Source: Dehalococcoidia bacterium (GTDB taxonomy: Bacteria > Chloroflexota > Dehalococcoidia > GIF9 > DYGU01). Taken from it: a stretch of 64,000 nucleotides of DNA. Position numbers and translations under genes: made by a program. Location of the stretch: the NCBI GenBank assembly GCA_042408205.1, contig JBHOQK010000029.1:1407-65406 (forward strand), read 5' to 3'. A model generated the notes under the pieces. The model worked only from the letters and a program-made list of their open reading frames with translations. It was not told the DNA's origin and did not search any database. Every line of letters begins with the position of its first letter. Position 1 is the first letter of the stretch. Below are positions 41,420-52,400 of the stretch, piece by piece.

Positions 41420-41766
41420 TGGTGGAGGCGGGGGAGAGTCGAACTCCCCGTCCAGAAGAGAACTACCAGAATCCCCTACAGGCTTAGTCAGCTCTTTTAT
41501 CTCGTCTAACTGTCCTCAGCTGACCAAGTCCAGTTAGACCAGTCGATAACTCTTAGCCAGCCCCTATCGACTTCAGGACTGGAGCACCCCGACTCATCGG
41601 CGCCCAATCCCAACCCATCGGGGCGAGGTCAGGTTGGACGGGCAACCTTAATTAGGCTGCGACAGGAACTGCTTCGGCAGTTGTCTTTGCCCTTTGTTTT
41701 ATGAGGTTAAGGGCACCTCAGCCTGCTATTCTGTTCGTTCCTCCTCTGTCGAACCCACGCGCCCCC
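41420..41766 (-). ncRNA. ssrA: tmRNA (SsrA), about 347 nt, CCA encoded
   Basis: Minus-strand 5' end GGGGGCGCGUGGGUUCGACAGAGGAGG... pairs as a tRNA-like acceptor with the 3' end ...GGACGGGGAGUUCGACUCUCCCCCGCCUCCACCA (T-arm plus CGCCUCC-A-CCA). Internal ORF GCA AAG ACA ACU GCC GAA GCA GUU CCU GUC GCA GCC UAA gives tag AKTTAEAVPVAA ending in AA. Lies 15 nt downstream of smpB. Confidence 0.85.
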
Positions 41767-41781
41767 ATTTAAGCTAAGTTT

Positions 41782-42240
41782 TTAATGTGCTCGCCACCTT
41801 TTTAAGGCTCGCTCTACTTCCCTTTCGACATCGCGTCGGGCAATAGCTTGGCGCTTATCATAAAGTTTCTTGCCCCGAGCCACGCCTAACTCTACTTTAG
41901 CTATACCATCTTTAATATACAGCCGGAGAGGAACTAAAGTCAAATTTTTCTGAGTTATTTTACCTATAAGACTATCTATCTGCTGGCGATGAAGTAAAAG
42001 TTTTCGAGGACGGGTTGGCTCATGATTATAGTGGCTACCAGCTTCATATCGAGCAATATGAGCATTAAACAACCATAATTCACCCTCATCGGGATGAGCA
42101 TAAGCTTCCCGTAGATTCACCCTCCCAGCCCTGATAGACTTAATTTCAGTACCGGTAAGAACAATACCGGCCTCCACGGTCTCTAAAATATCGTAATTGT
42201 GATATGCTTTTCGATTAACAGTGATTGTTTTAATCTCCAT
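41782..42240 (-). CDS. smpB: SsrA-binding protein SmpB
   Basis: SmpB fold motifs (KTITVNRKAYHNYDILE...GTEIKS), 152 aa, immediately upstream of ssrA. Confidence 0.93.
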   Translation of the reverse strand: MEIKTITVNRKAYHNYDILETVEAGIVLTGTEIKSIRAGRVNLREAYAHPDEGELWLFNAHIARYEAGSHYNHEPTRPRKLLLHRQQIDSLIGKITQKNLTLVPLRLYIKDGIAKVELGVARGKKLYDKRQAIARRDVEREVERALKRWRAH

Positions 42241-42316
42241 ACCCCTGTTACAATTTTAGCACGCCACCACCTTAAAAAGAAACAAAAAATCGTTTATCTC
42301 AAAGGGGAGAACCAAA

Positions 42317-42826
42317 ATGACAAAGTTAATGGATAAGTTATGGATAGCTCTCATCCTTTTCTTAGTAGTTAGCATCGTTTCCGGGGGCATTATCCTAATA
42401 ATTAAGCAGACCGGAAACAAACCAGTAGAATTAATTATCGCCCCGCCAAAGGTTATTCACTACTACGGGCAAATTCATATTAATGGAGCCGTGACTAACC
42501 CTGGATACTATTCCTGGAAAGATGGGGATACCCTCCAAGCCCTGCTTCAAGGAGCTGGGCTTAAACCAGAAGCTGATCTTAACCGACTTAAAATTTATGT
42601 ACCCAAAGTTGGTGAAACTTATCCACCCCAGAAAATCAATATCAACCGAGCTGAAGCTTGGTTGCTCCAAGCCCTCCCTGAAATTGGTCAGGTAAGAGCT
42701 AAAGCAATCATAAACTACCGGAATGAAAAAGGACCTTTCCTTCGCCCCGAAGACCTGCTTAAAGTAGAAGGTATTGGTTACCGCACTTATAATCGCATAA
42801 AAGACCTCATTACTGTTGAAGATTAA
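42317..42826 (+). CDS. comEA: ComEA-family DNA-binding competence protein (membrane anchor plus helix-hairpin-helix)
   Basis: N-terminal TM, then a SLBB-like domain, then C-terminal HhH (ININRAEAWLLQALPEIGQVRAKAII...GIG). Confidence 0.85.
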   Translation: MTKLMDKLWIALILFLVVSIVSGGIILIIKQTGNKPVELIIAPPKVIHYYGQIHINGAVTNPGYYSWKDGDTLQALLQGAGLKPEADLNRLKIYVPKVGETYPPQKININRAEAWLLQALPEIGQVRAKAIINYRNEKGPFLRPEDLLKVEGIGYRTYNRIKDLITVED

Positions 42827-42836
42827 AGGAAATTAA

Positions 42837-45263
42837 ATGCCTCTCCTTTATCTTAGCTCTGCTTGGCTTTTAGGTACCTATTTAGGAGCTAAAATCCTTT
42901 TTCCAATGACTGTTCTTTTTTTAGGTTTAATTCCCCTTTGTCTGCTTATTTTCTTACCCCATCACCGAAAACAGTTACTTCTCCTCAGTTTCTGCCTCTT
43001 GGCTTTCTTTGGGGCTACTTTTCGTTTTCAGACGACTCAGTTAATAGTCAATGAACAACATTTGTCTTTTTACCATAACCGAGAAATAGTAGAAATTACC
43101 GGTATCGTTTCCAGCGACCCCGAAATTAAGGATAATGCCCAGTTTATCCAGCTTTCAATCTCAGAAATAAGAGTAAATAATGAAACCAAGAAAGTTTCAG
43201 GTAAAGCCCTTATAAGAACTTCCAGATACCCAGACTATTCCTACGGAGATATTCTTAGAGTAACGGGTAAATTAGAAGCACCTCCAAATCTCTATAATTT
43301 CGACTATAAAGCTTATCTAGAAAGACAGGGGATTTATTCCCTAATTTATTACCCGAAAATTGAGATATTAGACAGAGGGAAAGGTCATAAACTTCTTCAA
43401 TGGCTTTATTCTTTAAGACACCGTTTATCTCAAATCCTAACCATGACCCTCCCCGAACCCCAAGGAGCTTTAGCCAAAAGCATTGTTCTGGGCATCAGGG
43501 GTGATATACCTCCTTCCCTTAATCAGGCTTTTTCCCGAACCGGGACCGCTCATCTTCTGGCTATCTCCGGCCTTCATCTAAGTATTATCCTCGGGATGTT
43601 TCTAAGTCTTAATTTGTGGCTATGGGGAAAAAGATATTCTTTATACATCTGGTTAGCCCTTTTGGCTATCTGGCTTTATGCTTTTCTCACTGCTGCCCGC
43701 CCTCCAATAGTTCGAGGAGCAATTATGGGCAGTTTGTTTTTACTGGCTGAATATTTTGGTAGACAAAGGAATGCCATTATAGCTCTGGTCTTTGCCGCTG
43801 CCCTAATGGTAGCAATTAAACCTCTGATATTGTGGGATGCCTCTTTTCAACTTAGTTTCTTGGCTATGGCAGGGCTCATCTTTCTCTCCCCACTTCTTCA
43901 AAACTCAGGGAAAAACTGGCTATTAGCTATCTTCAATAATAAAGGTATAGCCTCGGTAGCTAACCTAGTTATCAATAGTTTTGCCGTAACTCTGGGTGCT
44001 ATTATGACTACTTTCCCTTTGATAGCCTATTACTTTGGTACTGCTTCCTTAGTTAGTCTTCCAGCTACCTTTTTAACTCTCCTCGCCTTGCCAGGCATTA
44101 TTGTTATGACTATTTTGACTTGCTTTCTGGGACTATTGTTTCTGCCTTTAGCTCAAGTCTTAGCCTGGGTGGATTGGCTTTTTCTTAGCTATTTCCTTCT
44201 CATCATCCGAATTTATGATTTTCTACCCCTGTCTTCCTTCCCCATAGATAGTATCCACCCCTGGCAAGTATGGGCTTACTATGTCTGTCTTGCCCTTACT
44301 CTGAGCCTTGCCAGCTCTAAAAAACAAGTGGCTGGATTTTTGTCTAAAACCTTTTCCTACCTCCAGCAATTAGCCCAAAATCTGGTTAATTTCCTTTTTC
44401 ACCTGCCTAAGAAATGGATTATTCCTCCTTTATTAGTAATAGCCATTTTACTCTGGACAGCTATCCTCACCCTGCCTGATAACCGACTTCATGTTAGCTT
44501 CCTTAACGTCGGTCAAGGGGATGCCATCCTCATTCAAACCCCAAATCGTCAGGATATTCTCATTGATGGTGGACCAAGCCCCCAAGCTATAAATTTAGAA
44601 TTAAGTAAAAAGCTCCCTTTCTGGGACAGAACTATTGACCTTGTGATACTAACCCAGCCCGAGGCGGACCACGTCACTGGCTTAGTTGAAGTGCTCCATC
44701 GCTACCAGGTCAAGCAGGTACTTGAACCTGGAACAACCTCCAATACCCCTGCTTATCAGGAGTGGCGAAGAGTTGTTTTGCGAAAACAAATTAGCCACAA
44801 CTTAGCTCAAGCCGGACAAATTATTGACTTAGGGAAAGGAATTAGCTTAGAAGTCCTTAACCCCCCATCACCCCTCCTCCAAGGTACCGCTGATGATATT
44901 GATAATAATGGAATAGTGCTACGATTAACCTGGGGTGAAATCAGTTTTCTTTTTACTGCCGATATTCAGGAAGAAGCTGAGTTAAAACTTATTGCCCGTC
45001 GAGCCCATTTGAAGAGTACAGTGTTAAAAGTGGCTCATCATGGTAGTCGGACTTCCACTTCACCAGAATTCTTAGCTTTGGTTGCACCACAAATAGCTGT
45101 TATTTGTGTCAGCAAGGACAATAGGTTTAGTCACCCCCACCCCGAAGTAATAGAAAGGTTAAAAACAAAGCTTAACGAAGGCAGTATCTATCTTACCGCA
45201 AAATACGGAACTATCGAGTTTATTACTGATGGCAAAAGGTTATGGGCAAAAACTGGTCTTTAA
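42837..45263 (+). CDS. comEC: DNA internalization competence protein ComEC/Rec2 (competence domain plus metallo-beta-lactamase domain)
   Basis: Polytopic ComEC/DUF4131 N-region and a C-terminal MBL domain with a metal motif (AHHGS). 808 aa, directly downstream of comEA. Confidence 0.88.
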   Translation: MPLLYLSSAWLLGTYLGAKILFPMTVLFLGLIPLCLLIFLPHHRKQLLLLSFCLLAFFGATFRFQTTQLIVNEQHLSFYHNREIVEITGIVSSDPEIKDNAQFIQLSISEIRVNNETKKVSGKALIRTSRYPDYSYGDILRVTGKLEAPPNLYNFDYKAYLERQGIYSLIYYPKIEILDRGKGHKLLQWLYSLRHRLSQILTMTLPEPQGALAKSIVLGIRGDIPPSLNQAFSRTGTAHLLAISGLHLSIILGMFLSLNLWLWGKRYSLYIWLALLAIWLYAFLTAARPPIVRGAIMGSLFLLAEYFGRQRNAIIALVFAAALMVAIKPLILWDASFQLSFLAMAGLIFLSPLLQNSGKNWLLAIFNNKGIASVANLVINSFAVTLGAIMTTFPLIAYYFGTASLVSLPATFLTLLALPGIIVMTILTCFLGLLFLPLAQVLAWVDWLFLSYFLLIIRIYDFLPLSSFPIDSIHPWQVWAYYVCLALTLSLASSKKQVAGFLSKTFSYLQQLAQNLVNFLFHLPKKWIIPPLLVIAILLWTAILTLPDNRLHVSFLNVGQGDAILIQTPNRQDILIDGGPSPQAINLELSKKLPFWDRTIDLVILTQPEADHVTGLVEVLHRYQVKQVLEPGTTSNTPAYQEWRRVVLRKQISHNLAQAGQIIDLGKGISLEVLNPPSPLLQGTADDIDNNGIVLRLTWGEISFLFTADIQEEAELKLIARRAHLKSTVLKVAHHGSRTSTSPEFLALVAPQIAVICVSKDNRFSHPHPEVIERLKTKLNEGSIYLTAKYGTIEFITDGKRLWAKTGL

Positions 45264-46213
45264 GTTGACCTGATTTCTTCTCGCATAAACTTTATATATG
45301 AAACAGCAAAGCATAGGGAAGATAAAGCAATAAGACTGGTCAAATGAGGCCAGATTAATAACAAACTTTGCTCAAAGGGCAAAGGAGTGGGTAACATTTT
45401 CTCTACCTGAGTAATCAGTAAGGGACTCAAACTCCTTATGGAAGGTACTAGTAAAACAATGATTGCCTCTTCATAAAGGGTGCTTGGAGAAAAACGCTCA
45501 ATCATTCCCTTAAATTCCTCATGTCTCACGCGTAATTCAGGTGGTGAATCAGGAGTAACCGGAACTACCGCATCAGCAATAACACCAGAAATCATAAACA
45601 AGAAAAAGAAAAGGAATATCCATAAAGATATCGATGCCAAAGCCGAAGTAGCGGTTCGTTCAAAAAGGAGAGAAAAAAGAATCGCCAAAGCTAACCAGAA
45701 GGCTCCATAAACTATACTGGTGAGAAGAAAAACCATAAGCCTTAAAGCCTCTTCGGAACTGGGGGGGACACCAATCATCCTCAACCCCATTCCGGCAACC
45801 AGGACAATTATGCTGGTAAGGAGAATAGTTAAAGTAGCCAGCCCAGCCAAAAACTTACCATTAATAACCGAATCTCGATAGATGGGTTGAGACAAAAGCC
45901 GACTCAAATTACCGCTGGCTCGTTCACTATTTATAGCATCAAACCCCAGAGTTATACCTATTATGGGAATTAAGAAAGTAAGGAAGGTCAGGAACGGTGG
46001 CAGTATTCCCCCTGAAGTAGTAAATAATTTAAGAAAAATAAATTCAGTAGTCTCCGTTACCTCACTTCTTATAGTCTGAGCGGCTATATAAGTAGCAGCT
46101 ATCCCAGCTAAATAAACCAAAAGAAATAATATTATAAACCTTTTACTGCTAAAATGGTCAGCTAACTCTTTCCGAAAAATAGGCATTAATCCGGGCATTT
46201 TAGCCTTCACCAA
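45260..46213 (-). CDS. ABC-2 family transporter permease
   Basis: Six predicted TM helices, no ATPase motifs, ABC-2-like, downstream of and overlapping an ABC ATPase gene. Confidence 0.7.
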   Translation of the reverse strand: MVKAKMPGLMPIFRKELADHFSSKRFIILFLLVYLAGIAATYIAAQTIRSEVTETTEFIFLKLFTTSGGILPPFLTFLTFLIPIIGITLGFDAINSERASGNLSRLLSQPIYRDSVINGKFLAGLATLTILLTSIIVLVAGMGLRMIGVPPSSEEALRLMVFLLTSIVYGAFWLALAILFSLLFERTATSALASISLWIFLFFFLFMISGVIADAVVPVTPDSPPELRVRHEEFKGMIERFSPSTLYEEAIIVLLVPSIRSLSPLLITQVEKMLPTPLPFEQSLLLIWPHLTSLIALSSLCFAVSYIKFMREEIRST

Positions 46214-47126
46214 AATACTTTCGGTAAATTTCTTCTATACTATATTCTTCAATTTTCATCTCCATTAACGAAGCACCACTATCTACGATGGTTTTAGCTA
46301 TTTGAGGTCTCAAATCTGTGTCACAGCTAATCAAAAACACCCCCTCCGATTCTTCCACATTTAGAACACCTTCAATTTGCTTTAAAGAGTTAATTAGCCC
46401 CGGAACTGATTCCATTACCTTAACCTCGACCCTATACCGCCCGCCAGCTATGGCTTCCTTACCTAAACGATCTATGGCTCCTTCTACCACCAGTCGCCCC
46501 TTTGCCATTATACCGATACGAGTACAAATTCTCTGTACATGGTGGAGCAAATGAGAGCAAAAGACTAAGGTTATTCCTCTTTTTTTCATATCATTAATAA
46601 GTTCCAGAATTTCATCAACCCCCTTTGGGTCTATCCCCGCGGTAGGCTCATCTAAAAAGACTACTTTCGGCTCTTTAACCAATACATCGGCTATCCCTAA
46701 CCGCTGCTTCATCCCCCGGGAGAATTGACTTACTTTTTGGTCGGCTACATTTAACAAACCCACCCTCTCCAAAACTTCATTGATTCTCCGGCGAGCTTCT
46801 GATTCCTCTATACCATTAAGACGAGTTGTATATTGCAAGTTTTCCTTAGCCGTCAGGTCTTCATAAAAGCCCACTTTTTCCGGAAGATAACCAATAAGTC
46901 GTTTTACTTTTAAAGGTTCTTTAGTTGAATTGTAACCATAAACTCGAGCCATCCCCGAGGTAGGTTCAGTAAGCCCCAGTAACATTAGTAAGGTTGTCGT
47001 TTTTCCCGCCCCATTAGGACCAAGAAAACCAAAAGCTTCCCCCTCTTCAATAGAAAGGTTAAGCTGATCTACTGCAGTGAAATTTCCATATTTCTTGGTT
47101 AAATTTACTGCTTCAATAGCCAGCAC
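46200..47126 (-). CDS. ABC transporter ATP-binding protein (ABC-2 / DrrA-like exporter ATPase)
   Basis: Walker A GPNGAGKTT, signature FSRGMKQRL, Walker B FLDEPTAG, H-loop. Confidence 0.88.
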   Translation of the reverse strand: MLAIEAVNLTKKYGNFTAVDQLNLSIEEGEAFGFLGPNGAGKTTTLLMLLGLTEPTSGMARVYGYNSTKEPLKVKRLIGYLPEKVGFYEDLTAKENLQYTTRLNGIEESEARRRINEVLERVGLLNVADQKVSQFSRGMKQRLGIADVLVKEPKVVFLDEPTAGIDPKGVDEILELINDMKKRGITLVFCSHLLHHVQRICTRIGIMAKGRLVVEGAIDRLGKEAIAGGRYRVEVKVMESVPGLINSLKQIEGVLNVEESEGVFLISCDTDLRPQIAKTIVDSGASLMEMKIEEYSIEEIYRKYFGEG

Positions 47127-47127
47127 T

Positions 47128-48021
47128 TTACCGTCTACCTAAGCGTAAGAAAATAACCGCTAAACCAGCTATTACAGCGGCGACAATACCAACCCCGACC
47201 CATCCCCAGATAGTTGGTGTTAATACAGTCACCCGAATATCAAGCCGGTCAAAAGCAAGCATGCTTTCTTCATCAATTTTTAAAGCTATCATATAATCAC
47301 CAGCTATTGTCTTTCGGGGCGGTTTTATTTTTACCTCAACTTCCTGCTCCGCTCCCGCTGCCAGCGTATCTATAGTCTCAGGTTTGAAAGTTATACTCCA
47401 GCCCCCTGGTTTTTCTGTAGAAAAAGTAATCTTTTTCAAAGGAGCAGTGCCCGTATTGGTAATAATAATAGGCAGAGGGTTTTCTTCCCCAGCAGTAGCC
47501 TTCGTGTTAAGTCTGCCCTCCAAAATACCCCCGGTTTTGGCTTTGAGACCGTATTTAGCTGTGATAATAGCTTTAAGATTAATACTACTTGATAGTTCCT
47601 TGACCTCTTTAGAACTAACAAACAAAGTAACCACATACTCCCCGGGCTCAGGCAGTTTCTCAGTAAATAACAAGAAAATCGGAGTGAGCACCACTTTAAC
47701 CGTATCAGGATAAGCTTTACCTGGGTCAAGACGAATTGAAGCTATTTCTTTAGCCTCATAACCCGGACGAATGGAAACATAAAAACCAGGTGGCGCCTTA
47801 GCTGAAAGGTCAAAGACCCGAGATTCCTTCCCTGTATATTTTAGTTCCACTTCAAATTCAAAAGTCGAACCTGCTGTGCCCCGAAGTTCCGGATAACGGG
47901 CTTCAAGTTTAATTTCTTCTTTTGGCGGAGCTTGCGCCAGAATTGGTTGGCTTATCCCACTAAACATTAATAAAAATAACAGGAGAAAAAATACCAAAAT
48001 AGCACCCCTCAATCGCCTCAT
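47128..48021 (-). CDS. secreted, C-terminally membrane-anchored protein with two tandem beta-sandwich (NEW3/CARDB-like) repeats; hypothetical
   Basis: Signal peptide (ILVFFLLLFLLMFSGISQPILAQA). Two about-100-aa repeats of similar pattern (E.K.E.RYP...AGS..EFEVELK / ...AGAEQEVEVKIKPP) and a C-terminal TM helix plus RR tail. First gene of a 3-gene minus-strand unit with the ABC-2 ATPase and permease. Confidence 0.5.
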   Translation of the reverse strand: MRRLRGAILVFFLLLFLLMFSGISQPILAQAPPKEEIKLEARYPELRGTAGSTFEFEVELKYTGKESRVFDLSAKAPPGFYVSIRPGYEAKEIASIRLDPGKAYPDTVKVVLTPIFLLFTEKLPEPGEYVVTLFVSSKEVKELSSSINLKAIITAKYGLKAKTGGILEGRLNTKATAGEENPLPIIITNTGTAPLKKITFSTEKPGGWSITFKPETIDTLAAGAEQEVEVKIKPPRKTIAGDYMIALKIDEESMLAFDRLDIRVTVLTPTIWGWVGVGIVAAVIAGLAVIFLRLGRR

Positions 48022-48230
48022 AAAACTTAACCTCCTTTAATAATGGACTAATTTACCTCGCTTAATTCAATTCCTAAACTTTATCTAACTTCCCTTAAAC
48101 TGTCAAATTCTAACGACGCCTTTAACCATTTCCTAAAGCACCAATACATTAGTTTATGATAAGGAACAAACTATTTGAAATAAATCAAAAATAGTAGTAA
48201 ATTTATAGGCAGTTTTAATGGAGGCTGGAT

Positions 48231-48431
48231 ATGAGATTTCTGGGATTAGGTGTTTGGGAATGGCTGATAATATTGTTGATTATAGCTTTAATCTTCGGTG
48301 CCAGCAGGTTGGCTAATATTGGACCAGCCCTGGGCAAAAGTATCCGTGGTTTTCGCAAAGCCTTAAAAGGTGAAGAAGAGACCCAAGAACCACCCCAGAC
48401 TGGTAAAACCCAAGAAAACAAAAAGTCATAA
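48231..48431 (+). CDS. tatA: twin-arginine translocase subunit TatA/E
   Basis: Canonical TatA N-terminus: TM helix, hinge FG (IFGASRL) and amphipathic helix. GGAGG Shine-Dalgarno upstream. Confidence 0.88.
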   Translation: MRFLGLGVWEWLIILLIIALIFGASRLANIGPALGKSIRGFRKALKGEEETQEPPQTGKTQENKKS

Positions 48432-48462
48432 TTCTTAAAGACTTTAGCTTAAGGTTAATCTC

Positions 48463-48672
48463 ATGGACTTCCTTGGTATTGGCTTTGCTGAAATATTACT
48501 AATAGTTATCCTTATTTTCCTGGTTTTCGAGGTTGATAAAATGCCACAAATAGCAGAGACATTAGGTAAACTAGTCAGACAGATAAAACAAGCTTCAACC
48601 CAATTTTTTACCGAACTAATCAAAGAAACTAAAAGAATTGAAGAAGAAGTTAAAAAGAATGACCATGAGTAA
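48463..48672 (+). CDS. twin-arginine translocase subunit, second TatA/TatB-family paralog
   Basis: TM helix plus amphipathic helix (MDFLGIGFAEILLIVILIFLVF...KLVRQIK); 69 aa. Confidence 0.75.
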   Translation: MDFLGIGFAEILLIVILIFLVFEVDKMPQIAETLGKLVRQIKQASTQFFTELIKETKRIEEEVKKNDHE

Positions 48673-49408
48673 TGACAAAAAAATGTCTCTAATTGAACAT
48701 CTAAAAGAATTAAGACACCGCTTACTCCTCTGTGTAGTGGTAGTAATCGGAACCACCAGCATTTCTTTCTTCCTCACTAAGTACGTCTTCGATTTCTTCA
48801 GATCGAGAGCGCCGGGAATCCAATTGGTTTACATTAACTTAACCGAAATGCTGTCTACTTACTTTAAAGTATCTTTATATTTGGGCATAGCTTTAGCACT
48901 ACCTCTCATAATGTACCAAATGCTATTGTTCGCCTCACCCGGTCTTACCCCAAGGGAAAGAAAAAATGCTTACCTTTTCCTGCTGAGTGGTAGCTTATTC
49001 TTTGTTTGTGGTGTTGCTTTTTCCTATTTCATCCTCCTCCCTCCCGCCTTAAAATTTCTCCTTAATTTTGGTAACGACATTGCTAAACCAATGATAAGTG
49101 TCGGTAGTTATGTATCGGTTCTGACACAACTTCTTTTTTGGACAGGCATTGTCTTTGAAATACCTTTAATAATGTACTTTTTAAGCCGTTTAGGTATAGT
49201 TAATCCTAATTTTTTTTCTAATAAAAGGAAGTGGGCAATTGTAGCTGCCTTTATCCTTGCCGCCTTAATTACCCCCACTGTTGACCCTATCAACCAAACC
49301 ATCTTGGCAACACCTATTATCTTGCTTTATGAAATTGGTATCTGGTCATCCAAACTAGCTTGGGGTCGAAAACAAGCCCAAATAGTAGTTGCCAAAACTC
49401 AACCCTAA
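48668..49408 (+). CDS. tatC: twin-arginine translocase subunit TatC
   Basis: TatC N-terminal motif (MSLIEHLKELRHRLL) and 6 TM helices. Start ATG 48668 makes an ATGA overlap with the upstream stop; the ORF track lists 48638. Confidence 0.88.
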   Translation, partial: SNDKKMSLIEHLKELRHRLLLCVVVVIGTTSISFFLTKYVFDFFRSRAPGIQLVYINLTEMLSTYFKVSLYLGIALALPLIMYQMLLFASPGLTPRERKNAYLFLLSGSLFFVCGVAFSYFILLPPALKFLLNFGNDIAKPMISVGSYVSVLTQLLFWTGIVFEIPLIMYFLSRLGIVNPNFFSNKRKWAIVAAFILAALITPTVDPINQTILATPIILLYEIGIWSSKLAWGRKQAQIVVAKTQP

Positions 49409-49432
49409 TCCTATACCTTTTCAAGACCGAGC

Positions 49433-52400
49433 ATGAACTTTTCTGGATTGTTGACTTTACTTAAAAATACCCCCCCTTACCAACAACTGATCCAGAAACT
49501 CTGCCAAGAAAACAAAACTCAGTTAGTGCTTCTTGACGCCGCCAAACCTTTCTTGATAGCTGCTTTGCATCAAGAATTCTGTTGCCCTATCCTCGTCTTA
49601 AAAGCTGAACCTAAAGAGTCAAGAAAATACTATGATGAGCTGGAGAGTTGGTCCCCAGATTCCTCCCATCTATACCTTTTCCCCGAACCCGATGTCTTAC
49701 CTTATGAAGAGCTATCCCCAGACATTACTACTACCATAGAAAGACTCCGGATTCTCTCAGCCTTGACGCTTGGTGACCCCAAAACACCTTTAATAGTCAC
49801 CTCTGCCATTGCCATAACCAGCAAAACTCTAAATCCAGAAGATTTTGCTACCGCTTGCCATACTGTTTACACTGGAATGAATATTGACCTTTTTCACCTC
49901 TTAGCTAAAGGGCAAGCTATTGGCTACGAACTTGAGGAAATAGTAGAAATTCCAGGAACAATTAGCCACAGGGGCGGTATTGTGGATATCTTCCCTCCTG
50001 CTTATCAACTACCCATTAGAATAGAGTTCTATGGTAACCAAATAGAAAGTATTCGATTTTTCGACCCGCAAAGCCAGAAATCTTTAAAGTCAATATCTTC
50101 AGTAACTATTACTCCAGCTAAAGAAAACTTAAATAATAAACCAAACACAGCTTCTATTCTCGATTATCTGCCCGAAAACACACTTCTTATCATCGATAAT
50201 CCCGAGGACATTAAAGTTACCATAGAAGAACTGGACAAGAAAGTTAATGACCTGCTTCAGAAAAAAAGGGAGAATGGGATTATCCAAAGTCTCCCAAAAC
50301 CTTATTTCACTTGGCTTGAACTTTGGGAAAAATTAACTAAAGCCAAAAGAAAACTAATTCTTTGGTCCTGGGACACCACCCAGGAAAGTTCTGATTTTAG
50401 TCCGTCCTTTCCTTTTATTTCAGCCCCCAGTTACGGAGGAAAACTTGACCTTTTAGTTAAAGATGTAAATACAGCCCTAAAAAAGAACGAAACGATAGTC
50501 ATAGTCAGCCATCAAGCACAGCGCTTAAGCGAATTTTTCCAGGAAAAAGACCTTCTAATTCCAGTAATACAACAAATAGAAAAGCCACCTCCACCAGGCT
50601 CAGCAAACCTCGTTCAAGGTTTTTTAGCCGAAGGTTGGGCAATGAAAGGAGGTTTAACCCTTATTACTGATAGGGAAATTTTTGGTTTTGTGAAACAACG
50701 ACGTCTAACTAAAAAGCGTCCGGTGAAACGGCAATGGTTTCTGTCACAAATTCTACCCGGTGACTATGTGGTTCATATTGAACATGGTATTGGTAAATTC
50801 ACTGGACTTACCACAATGTCTGTAAATGGAAATGAACGGGAATATCTGGTTATTGAATATGCTGCCGGAGACCGCCTTTATGTCCCTACCGACCAAATCG
50901 ACCGGGTCACCCGGTATATTGGTGCCACCGATTCACCCCCAGCTTTGAGCCGGCTTGGGACCCAGGAATGGGCACGAACTAAACAAAGGATTAAAAATTC
51001 AGTAACTAACATTGCCCAAGAACTTTTGACTCTTTACGCCACCCGAGAAGTAATTCCCGGCTTTGCTTTCTCCCCTGATTCTATTTGGCAGCAAGAATTA
51101 GAAGCTTCTTTCCCTTATCAGGAAACACCCGACCAGCTTGAAGCTATCCGTGCCGTAAAAGAAGATATGGAAAAAGCCAAGCCTATGGATAGACTGGTTT
51201 GTGGTGATGTGGGTTATGGTAAAACGGAAGTAGCTTTGCGAGCTGCCTTTAAAGCAGTAATGGACAATAAACAGGTAGCTTTTTTAGTACCAACCACAGT
51301 ATTAGCCCAGCAGCATTTCAATACCTTTAGCCAAAGATTAAAAGCCTTCCCCATAAGAGTTGAAATGCTAAGCCGGTTTTGCTCTGAAAAAGAACAGCAA
51401 ACCATCCTCGAAGGATTAGCCAGCGGAGCCGTTGATATCTGCATTGGCACTCACCGCCTCCTACAAAAAGATGTTTCCTTTAAAAATCTGGGTTTGGTAA
51501 TCATTGATGAAGAGCAACGTTTTGGTGTAATTCATAAAGAAAGATTAAAGCAAATGCGTCAAGAAGTAGACGTCTTGACTCTCAGCGCCACCCCCATCCC
51601 CAGGACGCTTCATATGTCTTTGACTGGAATTAAAGATATAAGCATTATGGAAACTCCTCCTGAAGAGCGTTTGCCTATTAAGACCTATGTTGGTCATTAC
51701 AATGAGCAACTAATCAAGGAAGCAATTCTTCGCGAACTGGAGCGGAACGGTCAAGTCTTCTTCGTTCACAATCGCATTCAGACTATCAGTGACATAGCCA
51801 AAAAACTAAAAGACTTAGTTCCCGAAGCCAAAATAGCTATAGCTCATGGGCGAATGCCCGAAGAAGAATTAGAAAAGGTAATGCTGGATTTCAGTAACGG
51901 TCAAATTGACATATTGGTATCGACTACTATTATTGAATCAGGATTGGATATGCCCAACGTTAACACCTTGATTGTTAATCAGGCTGACCGGTTAGGTTTA
52001 ACCCAGCTTTATCAGTTGCGGGGCAGAGTCGGTCGAGGTAGCCACCGGGCTTATGCTTATTTTCTCTTTGATAAAGGTAAACGCCTAACTCCTCAGGCTC
52101 AAAAACGACTTAGAACTATTTTCGAAGCCACTGAATTAGGTGCTGGTTTTAACATCGCTATGAAAGACCTGGAAATCCGCGGCGCCGGAAATCTTCTCGG
52201 AGTAGAACAAAGTGGACACATTGCCGCTGTCGGTTTTGACCTTTATTGCCGCCTCTTGGCTGAAGCTGTCGAAGAGCTAAAAGCAAAACAATCAGGCAAA
52301 ACTTTAGATAAAAAGACAGAATTTCAGCCGACTATAGATTTACCTTTACCTGCTTATATCCCAGAAAAATACGTTCCTGATCCTAATACCAGAATAAGAT

